64,000 nt of DNA from an uncultured Chthoniobacter sp. Its GTDB lineage: Bacteria > Verrucomicrobiota > Verrucomicrobiia > Chthoniobacterales > Terrimicrobiaceae. A program made the position numbers and the translations under genes. Positions 35,333 through 43,563 of this stretch are shown here, piece by piece; positions within the stretch are counted from its first letter, which is position 1; each line of letters starts with the position of its first letter. The stretch is taken from contig CAYSKK010000010.1 in the NCBI GenBank assembly GCA_964431635.1, positions 80,740-144,739 of the forward strand, given 5' to 3'. The notes below the pieces were generated by a model, which saw only the letters and a list, made by a program, of their open reading frames with translations, had not been told where the DNA came from and ran no database searches.

Positions 35333-36721
35333 TTGAACTCCTCCTCCAGCATCGCGTTTCACGAGAGTGGATCGTATCAAAACAAACCCGGCGCACTGTC
35401 ATACCGCCGGGTTCTGGCTCACTACTTGAACCTGGTCATTCCCGGCACCGCCGACGTGCTGGAAATCGGTTGCGGCACGGGGGAACTTCTCCAACTGCTC
35501 CGCTGCCGCTCGAAAACCGGGATCGATGCCTCGGAAAAGCAGATTTCTTCCGCAAGGAGGAACTGCCCGGATGCCACCCTGCACTGCGGGGATGCCTGCG
35601 GGATCGAACCGGGTCCGGAATTCGATGTCGTTCTCGTGTCCGACACCCTCAACCACTGCAGCGATGCGCAGGCGCTGCTGGAGGCGGCCCACAGGGTCGC
35701 ACGGCCCGAAGCGCGGCTTGTCATCACAACTTACAATACTCTCTGGAGGCCGCTTCTTTCCCTTCTAACCCTGCTTGGCCTGCGCTCGCGGCAGCCCGAC
35801 CTGAACTGGCTGTCAGCCGCCGACGTGCGGAACATTTCCGAACTCGCCGGCTGGGAAATCATCAAATCCGAGGGCCGCATTCTTCTCCCGGCATCAGTTC
35901 CCCTGCTTTCCGGATTTCTCAACCGGTGGGTTGCCCCGTTCGTTCCGTTCCTCTGCCTCACCAACATCCAGATTGCAAGAAAGCCGGAAAAAATCGCCGG
36001 CCCGCCCTCGGTATCCGTCATCGTTCCGGCAAGGAATGAAGCCGGAAACATCCCGGCTGCCATCGAGCGGATTCCCGCGTTCGCGCGGGACATCGAATAC
36101 ATCTTCATCGAAGGCCATTCAACCGACAATACCTGGGCCGAAATCGAAAAGGCAAAAGCCGCCCACCCCGGCAGGAAAATCCAGATCGCACGGCAGACGG
36201 GACGCGGAAAGGGCGACGCGGTCAGGCTCGGATTTTCGATGGCAACGGGTGACATTCTGATGATCCTGGATGCCGACCTCACGATGCCCCCCGAGGATCT
36301 TCCGAAGTTCTACCACGCGCTGGCGGACGGACGCTGCGACTTCGCCAACGGGTGCCGCCTGATCTATCCCATGGAAGATGGCGCAATGCAGTTCCTAAAC
36401 CTCTGCGCCAACAAACTCTTCGGAATCCTGTTTTCCTGGCTGCTCGGACAGCACCTCAAGGATACCCTCTGCGGGACCAAGGTTCTCACCAGAAAAAACT
36501 ACGAGGCCATCGCACAAAACAGGAGCTACTTCGGGGACTTCGACCCGTTCGGGGATTTCGACCTTCTGTTCGGCGCGGACAAATTGAATCTCAAAATCCG
36601 CGACATCCCCGTCCGATACAAGGAACGGACCTACGGCGAAACAAACATCAGCCGGTTCCGCCATGGCATCCTCCTGTTCCGCATGGTCGCGTTCGCCGCC
36701 AGAAAACTGAAATTTGTCTGA
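35333..36721 (+). CDS. Fusion: class I SAM methyltransferase + polyprenyl-phosphate-type GT2 (GtrB/ArnC/DPM1-like)
   Basis: TTG start. N-domain VLEIGCGTGELLQLL. C-domain VSVIVPARNEAGNIPAAIERI, FIEGHSTDNT, GKGDAVRLG, MILDADLTMP, and a hydrophobic C-terminal tail. Confidence 0.75.
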   Translation: MNSSSSIAFHESGSYQNKPGALSYRRVLAHYLNLVIPGTADVLEIGCGTGELLQLLRCRSKTGIDASEKQISSARRNCPDATLHCGDACGIEPGPEFDVVLVSDTLNHCSDAQALLEAAHRVARPEARLVITTYNTLWRPLLSLLTLLGLRSRQPDLNWLSAADVRNISELAGWEIIKSEGRILLPASVPLLSGFLNRWVAPFVPFLCLTNIQIARKPEKIAGPPSVSVIVPARNEAGNIPAAIERIPAFARDIEYIFIEGHSTDNTWAEIEKAKAAHPGRKIQIARQTGRGKGDAVRLGFSMATGDILMILDADLTMPPEDLPKFYHALADGRCDFANGCRLIYPMEDGAMQFLNLCANKLFGILFSWLLGQHLKDTLCGTKVLTRKNYEAIAQNRSYFGDFDPFGDFDLLFGADKLNLKIRDIPVRYKERTYGETNISRFRHGILLFRMVAFAARKLKFV

Positions 36722-38921
36722 GCCTTTGGCTATTCCGAAGACCGCCCCTTTCTGGATGCTCGTATCCGCAGGCCTTCTCCTGTTGGCCGGAGTTTTGTCG
36801 TTTCCCGGCTCGTTCGGGCTATCAAAAACCGCGCAGATCTCCGGGATCGAATGTCCGGACGGTTATTTGCTTTCGGCTGAAATGCCGCACAACCTCACCA
36901 AGGAGCGCGGGCGCGATGTCCTGTTCCATGATGCTCCGGTTGTCTGCGAAAACGGAATCCCGCTGGCGCGCCCGAATTCATCGGACAGGCAGATCACGAA
37001 CGCGGGACGCGGACGCTACCAGATCAGCGGAACACGCATTCACTTTTCAACCTCCGACGGCGGACCGCAGGCGGATCGCGTCTATACGGTCCGCGCCCCC
37101 GTTTGGTCCATCCGCGAATCCATCCTGCTGGCGGTCTGGCTCGTTGCGCTGGCGGCAACCGCCATCGCGCTCCGCACGGCATGCCCCGGAGGAACGTGCG
37201 GACTGGTGAAAAAGCCGGGTGTTTGGATTGGTTCGGTGATCCTGTCTGTGGCGCTTGCCGCCGGATTTTTCTTTTTCACACCACTGCTTTCCGACCGGTT
37301 TTTTCTCGGTCTGCTTCTCCCGGCGCTCTGGGCTGTCCTGATGGCGGCCCTCTCGATGCAGAAACGTGCCGCCTCCAGAACGATGCTGCTGGTGCTGTCC
37401 CTGCTCCCTGCGGTGGCCGGTTATTTCTACTACGGGCTCAATGCCGCCTCCGACAGTTCCTTCCTTGCGGGGGGCATCATCCCCTGCAGCGATGCGAGGC
37501 TCCACTTTCAGCAGGCCGCCGAAATCGCGATCCAGGGAACCACGCAGCACATGTTCAATGGCCGGTTCCTCTACCCGGCATTTTATGCCGTGATTCTCGA
37601 CCTCGCCGGGCTGAACATGCTGCTCGCAAACCTTCTGGTCTCATCGCTCGTGATGCTTGGCCTCGCGCTCACCTGCCCGCCCGTGTCGCGGCGGTTGGGA
37701 TTTTCCGGCACCGCGATCTACTGCCTTCTTTTCTGGCTGTATTTCCGCGCGCACGGATGCGGGCTTCTGATGACAGAAAATCTCGGGCTCCTGCTGGGCG
37801 TGATCGGGTTCGGCTTTCTGCTTCTTTCCGTTGATCGGCAGACGCTGTGGCCGGTGTTCGTTTCGATCTTGTTCATCGGCCTGGCTTCCGTGGCGAGACC
37901 CGGCGCGCTTTTTGTTCTCCCGGCACTGGCTCTTTATGCCGGCATCCGGGTCTGGACGATCCCGTCTCCCGGCCGGTTCCGGACCGCCGCTGCGGCCGGT
38001 GCAGTGCTCGCCGGCCTGGCCGTCATCGGTGCCTGCTTCGGCGCGAACCACCTCGTGATGAAGGGCCTCTCCCGCGGCGAGACGAAAACCTTCGGAAACT
38101 TTGCCTTCACCCTCCACGGACTCCTCAACGGCACGAAATGGAGCACCAGCGCCGAGGAGTTCGGATGGAATACCTCGCTCGTGATGGAGCACAACATCAA
38201 ACAGATTCAGGAGACCCCGATGTGCCTGGTCCGGGGAGTCACCCGGGCTTACGAAGAGACGTTCCAGAAGGGATTTTTATTTCGTTTCGGTCAGGAAAAG
38301 CGGTTTGCCTCCTCCGGCATGGCGATGTTCCTTCTGGCATTGGGGGGGTGCTGGTTCTGGAAGCCGCTGCGTGGAGATTCCATGTGGATACTGCTCGCGG
38401 CAATGGCGATCCTTGCGTCGATTCCATTTGCTCCCCCGTGGGATGCCGGCGAGCGCCCCTACGCAGCCACCGAACCGATCCAGATCTTTCTCGCGGCGGC
38501 CGGGGTTGCCATGCTGCTGGATCTGCCTCGCAAGCTTGCGGCCATGATGATCCCCGGGGGAGAGAATCACTCTTGCGAAGAGCCGCACATCCCTTTCGGC
38601 TTGATCGGATTCGCCGCGGTTTGCTTCCTGCTCACAATCCCCGTCCCGCTTCTGCTGAAGATGGCGGGCTATCGAAGCACAATGCCCCCGGAATCACCCG
38701 CACTTCTCAGCGGTTCGCAGCTTCTGATCTCAAACGGAGCAGCCGACAACTCGATCTCCCGCAACCAATACCTCGACCGCCTCTCCGACTTCCAGGCAGA
38801 CTATCCGGCGGAAGCGCGGTTCTTCACTTCCGAGCCGGAAACTTTTCTTCTTGCGATCGACTGGAACAATCTGGAGCCGGTTGTTCTTCCGGTGAAGCCA
38901 TCATCCGGCAGGGGGGAATAG
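36714..38921 (+). CDS. Large polytopic membrane protein, putative GT-C-type glycosyltransferase
   Basis: 735 aa. Start TTG 36714 (or ATG 36756). More than 12 hydrophobic segments plus loop domains. Sits immediately after, and overlaps, a polyprenyl-P GT2, as in GtrB/GtrC or ArnC/ArnT pairs. Confidence 0.45.
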   Translation: MSEPLAIPKTAPFWMLVSAGLLLLAGVLSFPGSFGLSKTAQISGIECPDGYLLSAEMPHNLTKERGRDVLFHDAPVVCENGIPLARPNSSDRQITNAGRGRYQISGTRIHFSTSDGGPQADRVYTVRAPVWSIRESILLAVWLVALAATAIALRTACPGGTCGLVKKPGVWIGSVILSVALAAGFFFFTPLLSDRFFLGLLLPALWAVLMAALSMQKRAASRTMLLVLSLLPAVAGYFYYGLNAASDSSFLAGGIIPCSDARLHFQQAAEIAIQGTTQHMFNGRFLYPAFYAVILDLAGLNMLLANLLVSSLVMLGLALTCPPVSRRLGFSGTAIYCLLFWLYFRAHGCGLLMTENLGLLLGVIGFGFLLLSVDRQTLWPVFVSILFIGLASVARPGALFVLPALALYAGIRVWTIPSPGRFRTAAAAGAVLAGLAVIGACFGANHLVMKGLSRGETKTFGNFAFTLHGLLNGTKWSTSAEEFGWNTSLVMEHNIKQIQETPMCLVRGVTRAYEETFQKGFLFRFGQEKRFASSGMAMFLLALGGCWFWKPLRGDSMWILLAAMAILASIPFAPPWDAGERPYAATEPIQIFLAAAGVAMLLDLPRKLAAMMIPGGENHSCEEPHIPFGLIGFAAVCFLLTIPVPLLLKMAGYRSTMPPESPALLSGSQLLISNGAADNSISRNQYLDRLSDFQADYPAEARFFTSEPETFLLAIDWNNLEPVVLPVKPSSGRGE

Positions 38922-38939
38922 GCCTCCCGCACGCGAAGG

Positions 38940-39106
38940 CGCAACACTCGCGCCCGGACTCGTCCGTTTCGCCGCAGTTTGCTTCCTCCTCGTCCTGCCG
39001 GCTCCTCTTTTGATCAGGTTTCCTCCCGCAGGCGGCGAATTTTTATCTGGCAATCGATTGGAACTACCTCGAAACACTGGTTGCCCCGCAATCTCCCTTT
39101 CTGTGA
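38940..39106 (+). pseudogene. Decayed, internally deleted duplicate of the 3' end of the GT-C-like gene
   Basis: Frame 1 (38956-39024) reads GLVRFAAVCFLLVLPAPLLIRFP, against GLIGFAAVCFLLTIPVPLLLKMA in the parent (38598-38666). After a +1 shift, 39041-39106 reads FYLAIDWNYLETLVAPQSPFL*, against FLLAIDWNNLEPVVLPVKPSS in the parent (38847-38909). Confidence 0.6.
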
Positions 39107-39184
39107 CAAGCTCCTTTCTCCATCCAAGGCGGTCAAACGGATGTCCATCAAAACGCTCGCCGCTATTCCTTTAAGCTCCGGCAC

Positions 39185-39751
39185 ATGATGATTCCATTTT
39201 TTAACCACTCCCGCCTGCTAGCTCTGCAAAAAGACTGGGACAGGAGATTTCTGAAATTTCCCGGGCGATCTCCCGCATGGAAAATGCACTATTACATGTC
39301 CCGGCCGCAGTATCGAACGCTCCTGTTTTTCAGGCTGCGGGAAGCCGCGAATCCCTTCTGGCTGAAGGGGGTCCTTTCAAGCTTCTACGAGTGGTCGTCC
39401 CACCGCTCGGGATTGGAAATTCACTGTCCCTGTCTGGAGGGGGGAGTGATCATGCCTCACTGGGGCCGGATACTTCTGAATGCGACAGCCATCGGAGAAG
39501 ACCTCTATGTCTTTCACGGTGTCACCGTGGGAAACGACTACCGGACAGGAGCACCTGAGATCGGAAGCCGCGTTTTCATTGGAACAGGCGCGATCGTTCT
39601 CGGGAAAATCCGTATCGGCGACCGCGCGGTGATTGCGGCTGGAAGCGTGGTGGTTTCGGACGTTCCTCCGGACACTCTGGTCGCTGGAAATCCGGCACGC
39701 GTAATCCGTCAGACTGGACCGGAATATCTCCGCGAGCTCGTCGGATACTGA
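39185..39751 (+). CDS. Hexapeptide-repeat (LbH) O-acetyltransferase, serine-acetyltransferase-like
   Basis: IGSRVFIGTGAIVLGKIRIGDRAVIAAGSVVVSDVPPDTLVAGNPARVI. 188 aa. Confidence 0.8.
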   Translation: MMIPFFNHSRLLALQKDWDRRFLKFPGRSPAWKMHYYMSRPQYRTLLFFRLREAANPFWLKGVLSSFYEWSSHRSGLEIHCPCLEGGVIMPHWGRILLNATAIGEDLYVFHGVTVGNDYRTGAPEIGSRVFIGTGAIVLGKIRIGDRAVIAAGSVVVSDVPPDTLVAGNPARVIRQTGPEYLRELVGY

Positions 39752-39759
39752 AGTCAAGA

Positions 39760-40557
39760 ATGGCTCAAATCGTCGGCATCATCCTCGTTCGCAACGAGGA
39801 TCTCTTCGTCGGGCAGGCGGTGAAAAACATCACCTCCTTTTGTGACAAGATCATTCTTTGTGACAACGGCTCAAAGGACGGAACCGTAGAAATTCTCGAG
39901 GAGATCGCCCGATCTGTTTCCCATGCGGAATTTCACTCTCTCGGACACCCTTCGGCATCGCACGACCTTCTCAAACCATTTGTGGGGACCAATACATGGG
40001 TCTTTGGCGTGGATGGGGATGAAATCTATGATCCGGAGCTCCTGCGAGGTTTCCGGGAACGCCTCCTTTCGGGGGAATTCGACCGGGTCTGGCGGATGAA
40101 GGGAAATGTCCTTCACTGCACCTCGCTCGCTCCCGACCGCTCGTCCGCGTCCGGCCATATGGCACCGCCGAGCAGAAGCATCACGAAACTCTACAATTTT
40201 TCTGCGATCTCCTCCTGGGATGGAGATACAGTCGAACGGTTGCACGGAGGATCAATCCGGTTTCATCCCAACTACAATGACGACATGAAACTCAATTTTC
40301 AGGAGTCGCTGGCCTGGGATGAGACCCCCCTCCGCTGTCTGCATCTCTGTTTTCTCCGGCGCAGCAGCCGGGATTCCGACACACGGGGTCTCACCGTCAG
40401 AGAAAATATCATGGAAATCCACTGCGGAGGAATCTCCGGCTGGATGCGTCGCTCCATCAACCAGCTGCTAAACCGCCAACCGGACTCCCGATGGAAGCAG
40501 CAGCACTACCGGCGCGGCCCCGTTGAGACAGTGGATGCCCGGCCGTTTTTTACATGA
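39760..40557 (+). CDS. GT2-like glycosyltransferase
   Basis: IVGIILVRNEDLFVGQAVKNITSFCDKIILCDNGSKDGTVEILEEIA and VDGDE (DxD). Confidence 0.6.
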   Translation: MAQIVGIILVRNEDLFVGQAVKNITSFCDKIILCDNGSKDGTVEILEEIARSVSHAEFHSLGHPSASHDLLKPFVGTNTWVFGVDGDEIYDPELLRGFRERLLSGEFDRVWRMKGNVLHCTSLAPDRSSASGHMAPPSRSITKLYNFSAISSWDGDTVERLHGGSIRFHPNYNDDMKLNFQESLAWDETPLRCLHLCFLRRSSRDSDTRGLTVRENIMEIHCGGISGWMRRSINQLLNRQPDSRWKQQHYRRGPVETVDARPFFT

Positions 40558-41534
40558 GCGGACTCCCGAAAATCACCGTGGCGTTCCTGAGCTGGAACCG
40601 GCTGCACTATTTCCGTGCGACAGTCGAATCGGCCCGCCGCTGCATCCACTATCCGGATATCGAGTGGATCATCAGCGACAACGCTTCGCGTGAACCCGGT
40701 CTGAGGCACTACATCGAGAGTCTCGATTGGATTCCGAACAAATGGTTCCGCGAGCAGACACATGCTGCCGCGATGAACGAGATCGTCTCACGCGCCACCG
40801 GAAAATACCTGCTTCTCTGGCCGGACGACGTGCAGTTCATGGTGGGGGGGGATTGGATGATCCGGCTTGTTCAAACCCTCGAGAACAATCCCTGGATCGG
40901 TTCCACCGGCCTTAACTTTCTGAGAAGAAAAACTTACAAACGACTTGTCGGTCCGCCGCGCATCGAGGAATCCGCAGGCATCGCGGCCGAAGCCGTCCGC
41001 CGGAAATTCTCCTTCCGGATTCCACGCCGGGTTGATGGCCCCCTCCCGCTGGTCACCTGCGGATGGCGCATTCCGGGGATTGTTCCTTCCGGCATCCCAT
41101 CATTAACTCCTCTGTCCTGCTGGAAAAAACTGGGCCCTTGGAAAACCCGTGATGCCACTCAGTCGAACATGGTGGATTCCTCGCTCGGTGCCGAGGATGA
41201 CATGATTGAGCGTTTTCAAAACAGCGGGTTCAACTGGCAGCAGGCGCTGTTGATGACACCCGTCGCGGCTGACATCATCAACGATGAGACCGGCTGCAAA
41301 GCAAAAATCCGGCAAGGCAAACGACACGGCGTTTATACACCGCCGAAGGAGGGAATGTTCTACTATGAGATCCTCGCGGAATCCGACTTGCCCGCAGGAA
41401 ATGGAAGATGCCCGCGCGCTTTTGAGGATTCCGTCCGCCCATTGGGGTTCCGTCTTCCGTGTGATAACAACGGCGATCTGTTGAAAGCCAGCCTGAATTC
41501 CTCAATCATTTCAGAAATCGAACCGGCTCAATAA
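40554..41534 (+). CDS. GT2-like (GT-A fold) glycosyltransferase
   Basis: ATGA overlap start. ITVAFLSWNRLHYFRATVESARRCIHYPDIEWIISDNAS and LLLWPDDVQF. Contains a G8 run at 40844-40851. Confidence 0.55.
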   Translation: MSGLPKITVAFLSWNRLHYFRATVESARRCIHYPDIEWIISDNASREPGLRHYIESLDWIPNKWFREQTHAAAMNEIVSRATGKYLLLWPDDVQFMVGGDWMIRLVQTLENNPWIGSTGLNFLRRKTYKRLVGPPRIEESAGIAAEAVRRKFSFRIPRRVDGPLPLVTCGWRIPGIVPSGIPSLTPLSCWKKLGPWKTRDATQSNMVDSSLGAEDDMIERFQNSGFNWQQALLMTPVAADIINDETGCKAKIRQGKRHGVYTPPKEGMFYYEILAESDLPAGNGRCPRAFEDSVRPLGFRLPCDNNGDLLKASLNSSIISEIEPAQ

Positions 41535-42505
41535 CCGCCGCGCAGGCGGTCGAGCAGAAGCGCCGCCTGCTGAGTCCAATCGGAAAGTTTCCGTCCGGTC
41601 GTTGTCTTTGAAAACTGCCGGGCAGCAAGTTGCGGTGCTGTAAGGCATGCGAATTGCGCCCATTTTTCCGTGATGCTTTCAACGGTAAATCGGTGCGCTG
41701 CCCGCCAGCCGGCCCTGACGAGATCCCTCCGGAAACTTCTGTCCCGACTCAGACGCTCCAGCGCATCAAGCAGCTCCGACATGCTGCAGCAGGAGACATA
41801 GTCCGAATCTGATATTCCTTCGGCCGCATACGCCGAATCCGATCCGCCGATGAACGGCACTCCCGCCAGCCAGGCATTATAAAGCTTCGTCGCGGGTTTT
41901 CTGAGAAACAGATGGCGGCCGAACTCCCGGATGGCCAGGACACAGTCGGTTTCGGAGTAGTCGTGCCAGTCTGCGGAGCGGGCAATCCGGAACGAGATTC
42001 CCAGCCGCGATTTCAAGCCGTCGGCAAACGCCGGCTCCCGCAATGGCGGAGCAAGATTCGGAAGGTCGCCGTAGAAAACCAGATTTTCAAAATGATCCCC
42101 GCGATCCGGATTCCGCGGGATCAGCCCCGGTTGCGGCCAGTGCGGCAGATACAGCGACCGGGGAAGGCGACGGGCGTGAACGGCGTTCTGGACGATATGC
42201 AAGTGGCACGCGGGATGAGGAAGTCCGTCAGCGACGACCCCGACCAGAAAGGCTCCTGAAGGCGCCCGGTAGCCCGCCGGCAGATTTCCGGTCAGGGCGA
42301 TCACAATGCCGTCTTCCGGAATTTTCGAACAGAGTGACACGTCTGCGCCCGCGCTCATCAGGCGGCCGCAAGTCAGGAGAATCCAGTTCTGTGCGGTCGA
42401 GGCTTTTCCCGGAAGCGAGAACTTCCTGGGAGTTCCAGCCAGCCAGAATGGCAACTCTTCCCCCGGAGGAAGGCAACTTTCCGGCATGTAAAAGTGGATT
42501 CGCAC
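41528..42505 (-). CDS. Hypothetical protein with GT-B-like C-terminal region
   Basis: Only reverse-strand ORF in the core of the locus. Probable start GTG 42505 or ATG 42487. The C-terminal region KPATKLYNAWLAGVPFIGGSDSAYAAEG...ELLDALERLSRDRSFRRDLVRAGWRAAHRFTVESITEKW resembles GT4 tails. Confidence 0.4.
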   Translation of the reverse strand: MRIHFYMPESCLPPGEELPFWLAGTPRKFSLPGKASTAQNWILLTCGRLMSAGADVSLCSKIPEDGIVIALTGNLPAGYRAPSGAFLVGVVADGLPHPACHLHIVQNAVHARRLPRSLYLPHWPQPGLIPRNPDRGDHFENLVFYGDLPNLAPPLREPAFADGLKSRLGISFRIARSADWHDYSETDCVLAIREFGRHLFLRKPATKLYNAWLAGVPFIGGSDSAYAAEGISDSDYVSCCSMSELLDALERLSRDRSFRRDLVRAGWRAAHRFTVESITEKWAQFACLTAPQLAARQFSKTTTGRKLSDWTQQAALLLDRLRGGY

Positions 42506-42594
42506 GGCAAACCTAGCTAAAGACACTTGCAGGGGTTGTAAACCAGGAAGACGGCGGGACGGCCCGCCCGTTTGCTCAATCCGTGATCCGTAGA
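42506..42594. promoter_or_regulatory. Divergent intergenic region (promoters for 41528-42505 and 42595-43563)
   Basis: About 90 nt lie between back-to-back start codons, so transcription must initiate here in both directions. No motif was identified. Confidence 0.3.
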
Positions 42595-43563
42595 ATGAAT
42601 TTTTTCTCATCCACAGCGACCGTCGCCTTCAACATGCGGTGGAGGCGCGGGCCGTATGGCGGCGGCAACCAGTGGCTCGGCCAGGTGGGGCCGTATCTGG
42701 AGCGCTGCGGGTTCCGCACGGTGACAAACCTCGGCGACCGGGTGGACTGCGTGCTCGGAACCCACGCCGGACTCGGCGGCGGCCTCTCCTTTTCCTATGA
42801 TGACGTGTTGCGGGCGAAGGAAAAAAACCCGCGTCTGAGATGCATCCAGCGGATCAATGACAACGATGTCCGCAAGGGCACGGACAAGATGGATGCGCAC
42901 CTCGCGGCCTGCAACCGCGCAGCCGACCACACGGTTTTTGTTTCCGCATGGCTGCGCGATTACCACGCGGCCCGGTGGTTCGACGCCTCCCGCCCGCACT
43001 CGGTGATCCACAACGGGGCGGACCCGGCGGTTTTTCATCCGTTTGGCGCGCGCGTCTGGAAACCCGGCGAACCGCTTCGCATCGTCACGCACCACTGGTC
43101 GGACAACCCGGCCAAGGGATTCCCTGTTTATGAAGCGATGGATGAGGCGATCGCGGATGGAAAACTCCGCGGAGTCGAACTCCGGATCGTCGGCCGCTGG
43201 CCGGAAAACATCCGTTGGAAGGCGGCGAGGACGTTTCCCGCCTGCTCCGGACACCGGCTCGCGGCGGTTCTCCGTGAGTGCCATGTGGCGGTCACCGCCT
43301 CGCGATACGAACCCGGAGCGATGCATCCCGTCGAGGCCATGCAGTGCGGGCTCCCGCTTCTCTACACGGGCGACACCGGAGGAACGGTCGAGCTCGGCGA
43401 GCGCTTCGGGGTTCTTCTCGGAGAGGATTTTCAAGCCGCCCTGGACGAGATGCGCGCCCGCTACAGCAGCCTGAGAAACCGTATCCTGCAGGAGGCTCCG
43501 TCCGGCGATTCCATGTGCGCGGCCTACCGCAGGATTGTCCAACAGCTCGCTTGTTCGACTTGA
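42595..43563 (+). CDS. GT-B fold glycosyltransferase (GT4-like)
   Basis: ATG 42595 (ATG 42634 is also possible). VTASRYEPGAMHPVEAMQCGLPLLYTGDTGGTVE. Confidence 0.7.
   Translation: MNFFSSTATVAFNMRWRRGPYGGGNQWLGQVGPYLERCGFRTVTNLGDRVDCVLGTHAGLGGGLSFSYDDVLRAKEKNPRLRCIQRINDNDVRKGTDKMDAHLAACNRAADHTVFVSAWLRDYHAARWFDASRPHSVIHNGADPAVFHPFGARVWKPGEPLRIVTHHWSDNPAKGFPVYEAMDEAIADGKLRGVELRIVGRWPENIRWKAARTFPACSGHRLAAVLRECHVAVTASRYEPGAMHPVEAMQCGLPLLYTGDTGGTVELGERFGVLLGEDFQAALDEMRARYSSLRNRILQEAPSGDSMCAAYRRIVQQLACST

Noticed and set aside
37847-39013. 388-aa + strand ORF in an alternative frame of the GT-C-like gene
   Set aside because: It is extremely Arg/Pro/Gly-rich. The overlapping frame (36714-38921) gives a coherent series of hydrophobic helices.
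43278-43559. N-terminal extension of the GT4 gene ending at 44735
   Set aside because: It lies inside the preceding GT4 gene in another frame. TTG 43560 gives a typical GT-B N-terminus.
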